Below, one piece after another: positions 10,422 through 20,730 of a DNA stretch of 64,000 bases. The notes under the pieces were generated by a model. It had not been told where the DNA came from and did no database searches. It saw only the letters and a list, made by a program, of their open reading frames with translations. Position 1 is the first letter of the stretch. Each line of letters starts with the position of its first letter. This DNA is from Candidatus Latescibacterota bacterium (lineage in GTDB: Bacteria > Latescibacterota > UBA2968 > UBA8231): assembly GCA_963422735.1 (NCBI GenBank), contig OY730476.1, positions 3,872,001 through 3,936,000 on the forward strand, given 5' to 3'. The translations under genes were made by a program, and so were the position numbers.

Positions 10422-11054
10422 TTACGCGATGTCGTCGCGAGCCTCTCCTTCGAGATGGGCGACTTCGCCCATAGTCTCGACGCGCCAGCCATCGCCGGCG
10501 TCGGCGATGAGGTTGTAGCTGGTGTTGGGGATCGAGAATCGGCGCAGCGCCGAGATCGGGAGTCCGAGCACGTGCTTGAACAAGACGGTCAACACGCCGC
10601 CGTGGGTAAAGACGGCGATCTGCTCCCCTGCATGGCGGGTGCCGAGTGCGTTGATACAGGCGACGACGCGCTCGTGGAACTGGCGGGCACTCTCGCCGCC
10701 GGGAATGACGTAGTCTAGGGCGCCGGAGGCATGGGCGGCGTATTCTTTGGGGAAGCGCCTCTCAAGCGAGGCCTTGTCCTCGCCTTGGAAGATGCCGTAG
10801 TCGCGTTCGCCTAAGTCTGGCTCGGAGACGATCTTCAGGCCGAGGGCTAGCGCGGTAGGGGTGGCGGTAGCATGGGTGCGCTGCAGATGGCTGGCGTAGA
10901 GGGTAGCAATGGGCGAGTGGTGCCGCAGGCGCTGGGCTAGTGCCTCGGCCTGCGCCAGGCCCTTGGCGGTTAGCGGGCTATCCCGCTGGCCTTGGTAGAG
11001 GCCGCGGGCATTCCACTCGGTCTCGCCGTGGCGGGTCAGAACGATCCGAGTCAC
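10422..11054 (-). CDS. Histidine phosphatase family protein
   Basis: RHGETEWN and THGG motifs. GTGA overlap with the upstream uxuA stop. Confidence 0.9.
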   Translation of the reverse strand: MTRIVLTRHGETEWNARGLYQGQRDSPLTAKGLAQAEALAQRLRHHSPIATLYASHLQRTHATATPTALALGLKIVSEPDLGERDYGIFQGEDKASLERRFPKEYAAHASGALDYVIPGGESARQFHERVVACINALGTRHAGEQIAVFTHGGVLTVLFKHVLGLPISALRRFSIPNTSYNLIADAGDGWRVETMGEVAHLEGEARDDIA

Positions 11055-12031
11055 GGGTAGAGATGGTTGGTTACCTGAATCAGTGCCTGCATAAATCCTA
11101 TGCAGTGAGCGCGCGCCCTGTGCCCCCAAGGCGAGTCATCGACAATATGGGGCACGTGATCGGTGATCATAAAGCCGTCAAAGCCGACTTCCTTGAGCGT
11201 TTTGACGACCTCAAAGGTATCGACTTGACCGCAGTCGATGAAGGTCTCGTGGAAGTCTTCCACTGGCCCGATGACATCGCGGAAGTGGATGTAGATAATT
11301 TTCTTTTGGCCACCGAAGTGGCGGACAGCGCGGATGACGTTGGCGTGGCCGCCCATCTCCGACCAGCACCCCATGCAGAAGTCGAGGCCGTGATATGGGC
11401 TGTCGAAGGTGTCCATGTTGCGCTCGAAGTCGTCGAAAGAACTGCATATCCGCGCTATGCCGCCGAGGGTTGTGCCGGTGGGCGGGTCGTCCGGGTGCAG
11501 GGCTAGGCGGACGTTGGCTTCCTCGGCTACGGGCAGGATGCGCTCCAAATACCAGCAGTAGTTTTCCCACATCTCCTCGTGGGCGAAGACGCGGCCGTGA
11601 GTCAGTTCCTCGGGGTCGTGTTCGGCGAGGGTAAAGCGAGTGGCGCGGGCTCCGCCGCGCAAGGTCGCTGGCGCGGGTGTGCGCCAGACGCTGTTGGGAA
11701 TCCAGTGATAGCCCAAGATAGGGATGCCGGCCTTACCCATGTTGTGCATGGTGTTGATCATGTGCTGGAGCTGTTCTTCGCGGCCGTTTTGGCCGAGCAT
11801 GATCTGGTCGTAAAACGATGTGGGCACGTTTTCCAGTGCCATCAGACGCAGTTCGGCGTCGTCGGCCCGCTTTTTGAGGGCGGCCAAGTCGTCGTATTCC
11901 CATTGCTTGTCGCCGGGGAGTTTGGGGGTATTCATCAGAAAATCGTCGCAGCCCATCTGTTTGATAAAGGCGAGCTTCTCGTCGGTGAGCTCGTTGAACT
12001 GGCCTAAGCCCACGCGCATTTGCAGGGACAT
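11051..12031 (-). CDS. uxuA: Mannonate dehydratase family protein
   Basis: LPVAEEANVRLALHPDDPP, IHFRDV, FHETFID, DHVP. Confidence 0.85.
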   Translation of the reverse strand: MSLQMRVGLGQFNELTDEKLAFIKQMGCDDFLMNTPKLPGDKQWEYDDLAALKKRADDAELRLMALENVPTSFYDQIMLGQNGREEQLQHMINTMHNMGKAGIPILGYHWIPNSVWRTPAPATLRGGARATRFTLAEHDPEELTHGRVFAHEEMWENYCWYLERILPVAEEANVRLALHPDDPPTGTTLGGIARICSSFDDFERNMDTFDSPYHGLDFCMGCWSEMGGHANVIRAVRHFGGQKKIIYIHFRDVIGPVEDFHETFIDCGQVDTFEVVKTLKEVGFDGFMITDHVPHIVDDSPWGHRARAHCIGFMQALIQVTNHLYP

Positions 12032-12058
12032 AAGTAGCCTCCATGAAGAAGTGAGGAG

Positions 12059-12979
12059 TTAAACGGGGAATTTGCCGCCGACGCCGGCCCCGGTACGGAC
12101 GTGTACCTCTAGGCCATCTGCGGAGTCGGCCACGAGATCGCTGTCAAAGGCAATCGCCCCCGGCTCGAAGAGCAGCACGACGGTTGAGCCGCCAAACTGG
12201 AAAAAGCCCTTTTCTTGGCCGCGTTCACAAGGCCCTGGCGAGTACGTCTGGACGATGCTGGCGACGTTGATAGCACCAACCTCGATGTAAGCAATCCTAC
12301 CGAAGGCGGGCGTTGCCAGCTCGCAAACGACGCGTCGGTTGCGGTGGAAAACATCGGGTACGCGGGCGAGGGCGATGGGGTTGACCGAGTGGTAGGTACC
12401 GTCGATCCACTGCGTCTGACCCACTTGGCCATCGGCTGGGAAGTGGAAGCGGTGATAGTCGTAGGGGGCGAGGCGCACGACAAGGGCGGCACCGCCGTGG
12501 TATGGGGTGGGGTCAATTGCTTCGGCTAAGAGCGCGCGGGCTGCGATCCGGCTGCTTTTGACCGGCAGCACGTCCTTGGCTGCGAGTTGCGGATAGACGA
12601 GGACCTTGCCGTCGGCTGGGCAACAGAGGCGCTTGGGGTCGGGGTCGCAGGGTCTCACTCCGGGTTTGAGGCGGCGAGTGAAGAAGTCGTTGAAGCTGGA
12701 ATACTGGCTGAGGGGATATTCGATTTCGTCGAGGTCAATGCGATAGCGATCGACAAAAGGGCGAATTTGACGCCGAGTCCAAGTGCTTTGCTGCCACCGG
12801 CCATAGAGGCGGGAGCAAAGAGGCCGGTTGAGAACGGCGCGAAAGACAAAATGCCCCGTGCTAGTGCCATAGAACCAGTGAAGAAGGGACTGCCCCGGAA
12901 CGCGCTCGACGACGATATCCCCGGTTTGGCGGTCGCGGTAGCGGGTTGGCTCGGGGATGGGGGCTTGACGAGAAAGCAT
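12059..12979 (-). CDS. psd: Phosphatidylserine decarboxylase
   Basis: FNDFFTRRLKP, PADG, RLAPYDYHRFHFP, FGGST self-cleavage motif. Start taken as ATG 12979. Confidence 0.9.
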   Translation of the reverse strand: MLSRQAPIPEPTRYRDRQTGDIVVERVPGQSLLHWFYGTSTGHFVFRAVLNRPLCSRLYGRWQQSTWTRRQIRPFVDRYRIDLDEIEYPLSQYSSFNDFFTRRLKPGVRPCDPDPKRLCCPADGKVLVYPQLAAKDVLPVKSSRIAARALLAEAIDPTPYHGGAALVVRLAPYDYHRFHFPADGQVGQTQWIDGTYHSVNPIALARVPDVFHRNRRVVCELATPAFGRIAYIEVGAINVASIVQTYSPGPCERGQEKGFFQFGGSTVVLLFEPGAIAFDSDLVADSADGLEVHVRTGAGVGGKFPV

Positions 12980-13082
12980 GTAAAAAAGAAGAAAGTGGAT
13001 GTGAAAACGCGCAAGGTGTGAAGTGAGATGGCTGCTAGCTACTAATCTGACTGAAGAACAGGACTGAGTTCCGCTTGCACCA

Positions 13083-13290
13083 TCATAGAACAATCGCCGT
13101 GTCTTCGGGCATCTTTCCCGTGTCCAAGATGGCGAACCGTTTTTGACGATAGACCTCTTCCCCCCCCTTGCTGTGCCAGCGGACCTCGCCGCTTTGCACT
13201 TCCAAGGCGTCGTTGGTCTGTAGGGCACCCACTCTGCGGGAAACTGCGCTTCGATTTGGGCTATGGCTGGAATATCGTCCACCTGTCTGA
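13083..13290 (-). pseudogene. Frameshifted remnant of a small protein (DUF5678-like)
   Basis: Pieces IAQIEAQFPAEWV / QTNDALEVQSGEVRWHSK..EVYRQ / KRFAILDTGKMPEDTAIVL* across frameshifts. Confidence 0.45.
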
Positions 13291-13737
13291 TCCTCTTAGT
13301 GGTTTGATTATACGATCCGACTACGGCGATGGTTCCATAGGCGGTTATTGGGGTGACGGGGATGCTTATGGGCACTTGCCGAGTATCTTGTTGATCTCGC
13401 TGGCTGCTACACTAGGAGTATATTTTCCAATGTTCCAACGTCTCCAGCGTTCGTCGAGCAGAGCAAGAGGGAATCCCCGGTGAAATTCTCCTGCCATCCA
13501 ACCGTTACACTTAGACGATCCTATATACGAAGTGCTTCCCATCCGATAGTTTCTCACTCCCATAAAGTATGCTAGAGAGCTTCGGCATGGAATGTATCCG
13601 GCAAGAAATAGATTATGCCGAATATCATAGTTGCTAATCAAACACGCCAAATCAGCACCCTACTTGCTCGGCTTGTCCACTTTCCTGACACATTCACCAA
13701 TCCAGCCGCCACATTCTTTGACCAAGCTTCCTTTCGG

Positions 13738-13959
13738 TTATTCCGCAGCCGAGCGCTTCACAATATCCTTCTCGGCATACACCATGTTAAGCTCTTGCTG
13801 AATGGCGAGCGTAATCCCAATGCCGTCACCCAGCCGACAATAGATGCGGATGTCGTAGAGATCGAGGCGGCGTTCCTTGCAATCTTTCAACCACTTGTCG
13901 CAGACCTGATAGCCACCGATGCGGTATGCATGGACTTCCGAGAGGACAAGACTGAAATA
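13738..13959 (-). pseudogene. Stranded C-terminal remnant of a type ISP / type IIG restriction-modification enzyme
   Basis: YRIGGYQVCDKWLKD.KERRL...IRIYC, matching the C-terminal specificity-domain motif of this family. Confidence 0.7.
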
Positions 13960-13995
13960 CGAGATTCTTTTGCCTTCGCTCGAGATCTGCCTATG

Positions 13996-14148
13996 CTACT
14001 TCCTTTTTAATTTATTGCGCAATGCGCGGGACTTGCTCTTGTAGAATGCCAACCGATCTTCTACAGTCCTATCCTTGAGTTGCTCGTAGTGTGCATCTCG
14101 AATACGGCGCACCATCCTAACGGCATCAAACGTCTTTTTATTCCTCAT
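13996..14148 (-). CDS. Small basic protein, putative partner (antitoxin) of the PIN protein
   Basis: 50 aa, MRNKKTFDAVRMVRRIRDAHYEQLKDRTVEDRLAFY..., overlapping the PIN stop. RBS gaggtg. Too short for the ORF track. Confidence 0.65.
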   Translation of the reverse strand: MRNKKTFDAVRMVRRIRDAHYEQLKDRTVEDRLAFYKSKSRALRNKLKRK

Positions 14149-14602
14149 AATTGGTCACCTCGCGCGGAGAGTAAATCTGTAGCGGCTTGTAGCCACACTC
14201 GATGTTTACTGCGGTAAACAGACGTATCTTGTCAAAATGCACGATATGCTTAAAGTTCCAGCTAACCAACACGTCGACTTCTGCGACCGAAGCCAAGGCG
14301 ATATGCAGGGCATCGTCGGAGAACTTGGATGTCAGAATCTGTCTTTCCAAGTAGGTTTCAGCAAGTTGCACAGCTTCCTCTGTGACGTTGAGAAATTCAG
14401 GCTCCAAGGTCAGGATTTCTGCGTAGCTATCTCGAACAGTCTGAGGCGCGTCCTGAATCTTCGCATCAACGACTTCAGATACGACCGGCTTAAAGTTGCC
14501 CAAACGGAAATCCTTTATCAAGCCGTTTGACCAAGAGACGAACTCATCATCATGGCAGCCGCCAATGACGGAGGTATCAATATATACGCGCGGTAATCTC
14601 AT
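14138..14602 (-). CDS. PIN-domain (VapC-like) protein
   Basis: VYIDTSVIGG, DDALHIALA, LVSWNFKHIV, IYSPREV. Confidence 0.85.
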   Translation of the reverse strand: MRLPRVYIDTSVIGGCHDDEFVSWSNGLIKDFRLGNFKPVVSEVVDAKIQDAPQTVRDSYAEILTLEPEFLNVTEEAVQLAETYLERQILTSKFSDDALHIALASVAEVDVLVSWNFKHIVHFDKIRLFTAVNIECGYKPLQIYSPREVTNYEE

Positions 14603-16235
14603 AACGGAGAATTATAACATTTTTCCACTGGGCAAAACGGAGGAACTTGACGTAGTCGTCCTGAAGCCATTTGGGATTCTTTTCGCCGAGTGGTTTGCCA
14701 TCCACCTGCTTGTAATTGGCGATCAAGCTCCGTATCCACTCACCCGTATTGCTCGAATGCCCCGAATAGGGCGGATTGCCCAAGATGAGCAAAATCGGCG
14801 TCTCTTTCTTGACCGCGCCGGCCAAGCGGGACTCCTCGGCCAAAGCCGAAAGGCCGGGCAAATGGCTCTGCTCCAGTTCCGCCCAGTCCAGGGTATTGGT
14901 CAGATAGAAGGGTACGCGCTCGTCGTCGTCGAGCCGGTGGCCGAGTTCCTCCAAAAAAAAGCTCATCTTGAGGTGGCCGACCGCGTAGGGTGCCATCATC
15001 AACTCAAGGGCATAGAAATTCTGCAGAATATGCCGACGGATGAAGTCCACTGTGCCGCCGTTGCCATATTTTTCCTCAAATTCGGCGACCGCTTCTTGGG
15101 CTGCGCGAGCGACAAAGGTCATGGTGCCCGCCGCCGGATCGATCAACGTCACACCATCAGCGGCGAGACCGTCGCGCTTGTCGAATTCCCTCTTGAGCAG
15201 GCCGTGCAGGGAACGGACGATGTAGCCAACGACGGGTTCGGGCGTGTAATATACCCCCCGCCGCTCGCGCTCGTCGGGATCGTATTGCGCCAAGAAGGTC
15301 TCGTAGAAATGCACGATCGGGTCGCGGCCTTTGCCCTCGCGGTAGTAGCAATTGAGAATGCCGGGCGCGTCGGCCACGGCCAAAACTTCGGCGATGTCAT
15401 CGACACACCAAGCGAGTGGGTCGGGCAACTCGCCGAGCGAGATGAAGCGGAACAGGTCGCGCAGGACGCCGATGGTATGGGGGATGTTGTCGAATGCGGT
15501 GCGCCGATTGAAGCCCTCCCCAGACCGGGTGCGGGCGGCGAACAGGCCGTAGGTGATGGTCTGGGCGAACAGATCGGCAAAATCCTCTGGCGTCAGTGAG
15601 CCGATGAGATAGGTCTGAAACGCCTCGAAAAAACCGGCGAGCATGCCGCCTGTCTCTTGTTCGACGCAAAGCTGATCGCCGATCACCGTGCGGAGTAAGC
15701 GCGTGCGCTTGGCCAGTTCAATGGCGAGGGTTTCGGCGGTGAACGTCTGGGGCAGCGCAAAGTCCAAAAATTGGTCAAGTAGGTCGTAGAGTTCATCTTG
15801 GTTTTCGAGCGGTGGCGTGGTGCGGACGGCGTTGAGTACCAAGGGCCGACCGGCCTGTACCGTCTGGACGCACTCGCCGTTCCGGTACAAGCGGAACTCG
15901 AGGAAGTTGGTGAGGATGAGATTCGGGAACGTAGCGCGATAGCGTTTGAGTTGTTCGGAGGCTTCGATGCGATCTAGCCGATCTTCAGTCGGCTTCTTGC
16001 CTTCAACATAGCCGATGATCCGGTCCGTGCCGTTCCACAGCCGGAAATCCGGGTTGCCGCCCTCGGTGGGTCGGGGAAACGTGGTGACGTGTACGTCCGT
16101 CCTCCCGGTGGCGCGGGCCATTTCCTCGAGCATATCCGCCAGCGCCGAGTAGAAGCTCTCCTCCCGTGCGTCGCCTTGCCGGACCACGGCGGCGAGATTC
16201 TTCAAATACGTCGAAAAGATGATTTTTTTGCTCAC
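14577..16235 (-). pseudogene. C-terminally truncated N6-adenine MTase / type ISP-IIG R-M protein
   Basis: N-terminal PD...EGK nuclease-like motif, GVYYTPEPVV, DPAAGT, GNPPY, LQDDYVKF. Homology stops after FAQWK. Confidence 0.8.
14611..14619 (-). promoter_or_regulatory. Extended -10 promoter (TGnTATAAT) of the PIN gene, probably leaderless
   Basis: TGTTATAAT lies 8 nt before the ATG; no Shine-Dalgarno sequence. Confidence 0.55.
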
Positions 16236-16264
16236 GTAGCGTTCCTCCCAATACAGGAACTTGA

Positions 16265-17239
<975 letters not shown>

Positions 17240-17254
17240 CCCGCCCAGTCGGGA

Positions 17255-17580
17255 TTGGGTTGAGGGATTTTGGCTTCTACCTTTTCGCGCCACTCGCGCA
17301 GAAGTGCGCGTAGTCGGTCGCGGAGTTACGGCGTCGCAGATCGAGTTGTGGTCATTCGAAATAGTAGGAAGGAACCAGAGAAATATACGCAAATAGCCTA
17401 TTCATATTATAAACGCCTACCGCAATTCACCGGATCATGCCGCACGCCGGGGCTCACAAGTACACGCGGGATGGGTCGCCGCTATTCGTCGCGGAGGCGT
17501 ACTGGAAGTATAATCACCGCCAAGACGCCGAGCGCTTCAACGGCTTTCCGAGGCGCGTTTTTTCTGAAGAGATGGGGATA
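17255..17580 (+). pseudogene. Degraded IS1595-family transposase C-terminal fragments
   Basis: VEGFWLL and HKY...PLFVAEAYWKYNHR resemble the IEGFWS and AEF.YRYN.R motifs. Confidence 0.5.
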
Positions 17581-17842
17581 GAGGCGAGCGAGGTAGCACC
17601 CTATAAGCCTTCTGGGCGCTGATGCTGCTCGTAGATTCTCATATCGAACCTCACAATCCCTAACTGTTCCAAATAGGGATTGGCTTGGACAGAATGGGGC
17701 GCTCATGCGAACAAACGTCAAGGTAAGCCTAAAAATACTTATTCCGTATTTTTTTACGCTCTCGGCACCGAAACAGCTTGCCTTTATCCACGCCTACCCG
17801 CATTGGCTCGCCGTCTCCACCATCTTTCTCACCGTTTTCGCT

Positions 17843-19192
17843 CTAATGCACCTGCCCTTCGCGTGGCAGCGCGTCCGCTAATCCATCGCGGCGATCCGGT
17901 CCGCCCATGAGGCCCCTGTAGCAGGCCGTGATGCTGAAGAGTAAGTAAAAAGGCGCGTATTGCGCCCACAGGACCCACGGCTTTTCGCGCCACACGCCTT
18001 CGTTACCATAGCCTATCTGCACCTCGTAAGCGAGGAAGATCAAGCCGCTGAGGAGCATCCAAGCGGGGCTGGAGAAAAAGACGAGGAAAGGGAGGACCCA
18101 AAGCAAGTACCAGGGATGCACGGTCGGCGAGAGCAAGACATAGGCACCGAGAGTTGCGAAGGCGGCTCGGTAGGGTTCGCGGTAGCGGAGTTGGACGCCG
18201 AGGGCCGCGAATGCGAAAAGGGCGGTGCAGAGCCAGCGAGCGTGTGAGTAGGCGTGGCCGTCCCACGGCTGTAAGGCAAAGCGAAAGAGCGAGTAGGCCG
18301 CCGCGTTGAAGTGCCAGTGTTGCACATAGGTCAGCAGGCCCGTTGCGAGCTTTTCCCCAGCGTCGGCAAAGGGCCAAAAGGCCAGTAGCCCCAGCGTTGG
18401 AAACAGAAGCAGGGCACTCCGCTTGCGGAAGTTGAGCCAATCGGCGCGAGGACGATGCCAAAAAGTGGGCAACAGCGCGAGGGGCACCAGTTTGACGAGA
18501 AAGGCCCCGGCGAGGGCGCAGACGGCTGCGGCCCAGCGCTGGCTGTGGAGTGCGTACAGGGCCGCGAAGAGGAGCAGGACGCCCAGCGCATCGATGTGGC
18601 CGCTGCCGGCGACTTCGACTAGGGGGAGGGGATTCCAAGCGTAGAGCACGACGCGGCGCGGGTCTTGGCCGCGCCGGACGAGGCTGTGTGCCAAGAGCAG
18701 GCAGAGGCCCCAATCGCAGAGCAGCAGGGCCAATTTGAACGCGGCCGGCGTCGCGCTTAGCATGCAAATCGCGCGAAAGAAAAGCTGCGCTAGCGGTGGG
18801 TAGATCGTGGGAATGGCGGCGTGGTTGACGCTGTGGTAGAGCGCGTCGCGCAGGTGCGCCACCTGTGGTGCCGAGGGCGAGTAGAGGTACGGATTGATGC
18901 CGGCTAGCTGGACGCGGCCGTCCCAGATGTAGCGGAAAATATCGTCCGAGAGCGTCGCCGGGCTCCACCATAGAGTCAGGCGGAAAACGAGGGCGGCCCC
19001 GAGGATCAGGTGCGGCCGTCCAGGGGGTGCGCCTCGCCGCAGGACGAGGTGCGCGGCGAGCGCGCAGCAGAGGAAAGCAGGAAAGACGCCGGCCCACAGT
19101 GCTCCGATCTGGCGCTGGAGATCGCCGAGAAAGACCAGATAGCAGCAGCACGCTTCAATGGCCCCGGCGAGCAGCAGCAGGCGAATGGACAC
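17843..19192 (-). CDS. Polytopic membrane glycosyltransferase (GT-C, GT87-like)
   Basis: LSDDIFRYIWDG, TIYPP, YAWNPL..E..SGH.D, SPTVHPWY. Confidence 0.8.
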   Translation of the reverse strand: MSIRLLLLAGAIEACCCYLVFLGDLQRQIGALWAGVFPAFLCCALAAHLVLRRGAPPGRPHLILGAALVFRLTLWWSPATLSDDIFRYIWDGRVQLAGINPYLYSPSAPQVAHLRDALYHSVNHAAIPTIYPPLAQLFFRAICMLSATPAAFKLALLLCDWGLCLLLAHSLVRRGQDPRRVVLYAWNPLPLVEVAGSGHIDALGVLLLFAALYALHSQRWAAAVCALAGAFLVKLVPLALLPTFWHRPRADWLNFRKRSALLLFPTLGLLAFWPFADAGEKLATGLLTYVQHWHFNAAAYSLFRFALQPWDGHAYSHARWLCTALFAFAALGVQLRYREPYRAAFATLGAYVLLSPTVHPWYLLWVLPFLVFFSSPAWMLLSGLIFLAYEVQIGYGNEGVWREKPWVLWAQYAPFYLLFSITACYRGLMGGPDRRDGLADALPREGQVH

Positions 19193-19193
19193 G

Positions 19194-19703
19194 TCAGCGC
19201 GCGACGCGCCGAGCCCCGGCGTAGCGGCGGCGGAAATAGGAGTTGTCGAGCGAGGTGATGGTAACGCCTCGGCTCTGGCTCATATGGGCGAAGCCACCTT
19301 GGCCGAGGTAGATGCCCACGTGCGAGACGCCCGGCCCAGTGTTCTCGATCTTAAAGAAGACCAAGTCGCCTGCTCTGAGGTGTTGCCGCCGGGCGATGGG
19401 GCGGCCAATGCCGTACATCTGCTTGGTGGTGCGGGGCAGCTCCACCCCGTACGTCTCGCGGAAAACGGCGCGGGCAAAGGCCGAGCAGTCCATGCCAGCG
19501 CGGGTGGTGCCTCCCCACCTGTAAGGTACGCCGCGATACCGGTTGACGACGCGAGTGAGGTGGCTGGGGCTGGCGCGGCGGCGTTCTTTGAGTTCGCGTA
19601 CCACGCTGCCCGAATCCGTGGAATCGGCCGTGTAACGCGGTGCCGAGCGGATTGAGCAGCTACAGGTGGCGAGGAGGCACAACAGGGTGAGAAGGTGCAA
19701 CAT
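19194..19703 (-). CDS. NlpC/P60 (C40) peptidase lipoprotein
   Basis: GVPYRWGG...GMDCS, GDLVFF, HVGIY. Confidence 0.92.
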   Translation of the reverse strand: MLHLLTLLCLLATCSCSIRSAPRYTADSTDSGSVVRELKERRRASPSHLTRVVNRYRGVPYRWGGTTRAGMDCSAFARAVFRETYGVELPRTTKQMYGIGRPIARRQHLRAGDLVFFKIENTGPGVSHVGIYLGQGGFAHMSQSRGVTITSLDNSYFRRRYAGARRVAR

Positions 19704-19713
19704 CGATGCCCCG

Positions 19714-20568
19714 TTATCGCGGGTAGGAGAAAAACCCCCGACCCGTCTTGCGGCCCAACGCGCCCTGCGCGACCATCTCGCGCAGCAGGGGGCAGGGGCG
19801 GTATTTGGAGTTGTCTAGACGCTGGGCAAACGATTCGAGGATATCCAAGGTTACGTCGAGTCCGACGTAGTCGGCCAAGGCCAGCGGCCCTAGAGGATGG
19901 CTTGCCCCCAGTATCATCACTCGGTCGATGTCTTCGGCGCTGGCCACGCCTTCGGCGAGGGCGTAGATGGCCTCATTGATCATGGGAAAGAGGATGCGGT
20001 TGACCGCAAAACCGGGGCTATTGGCGACCGCGACGGGAGTCTTGCCTAGGTCTTGGGCCAAGGCCATGACCGCGGCAAAGGTCTCGTCCGAAGTCGTGGT
20101 TGCATGCACTACTTCAACTAGGGGCATAGTCGGGGGTGGGTTGAAGAAGTGCAGGCCAATTACCTTGTCCGGCCGACCGGCCGCGGTGGCGAGAGCGTCG
20201 ATATCCAAGCCGGAGGTGTTGCTGGCGAGGATGGCCTCTGGCTTGGAATATTGTCCTAGTTGAGCGAAGACAGCGAGCTTGAGGTCTAGGCGTTCGGGCA
20301 CAGCTTCGACGACCATGTCGGCGGTGCCGATGGCGGCGAGCTGGTCAATACCCCGCAGCGCGGCGATGGCCGCTTCACTGGCGGCCGGCGCTAGCCGACC
20401 TTTGGCGGCTTGTTGGCGCAGGCGTGCGGCGATGGTGGCCAGCCCTTGTTCGCAGGCGCAAGAGTCTGCGTCGTAGAGCAGGACTTCCCTGCTGGCTTGG
20501 GCCAAAACTTGGGCAATGCCGCGCCCCATAGTGCCGGCCCCAATGACGGCAATGCGTTTGAGATTCAT
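19714..20568 (-). CDS. 3-hydroxyacyl-CoA (3-hydroxybutyryl-CoA) dehydrogenase
   Basis: GAGTMGRGIA, EAVPE, ASNTS, GLHFFNP, GPLALADYVGLD. Confidence 0.92.
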   Translation of the reverse strand: MNLKRIAVIGAGTMGRGIAQVLAQASREVLLYDADSCACEQGLATIAARLRQQAAKGRLAPAASEAAIAALRGIDQLAAIGTADMVVEAVPERLDLKLAVFAQLGQYSKPEAILASNTSGLDIDALATAAGRPDKVIGLHFFNPPPTMPLVEVVHATTTSDETFAAVMALAQDLGKTPVAVANSPGFAVNRILFPMINEAIYALAEGVASAEDIDRVMILGASHPLGPLALADYVGLDVTLDILESFAQRLDNSKYRPCPLLREMVAQGALGRKTGRGFFSYPR

Positions 20569-20730
20569 ATCGTCTTTCAGCGGTGGATTTTAACCGAACC
20601 TACCATGTCGCCCAATAATCGCAAGAGGTTATTAACTAGCGGCTTACTATCTAAATATAGTATTGCGGGAGCGAGGAGATCACCTAGATTGATTTCCTCG
20701 CCGCTAAGAAAAAAAAGTAGAGGAGAATCA

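Noticed and set aside
12980-13375. N-terminal extension of psd
   Set aside because: Chance read-through across an unrelated pseudogene remnant.
14496-15599. 367-aa plus-strand ORF and similar long antisense ORFs (18003..19151, 32850..33956, 25399..26310)
   Set aside because: Shadow or alternative frames of well-supported genes in GC-rich DNA, with no recognisable motifs.
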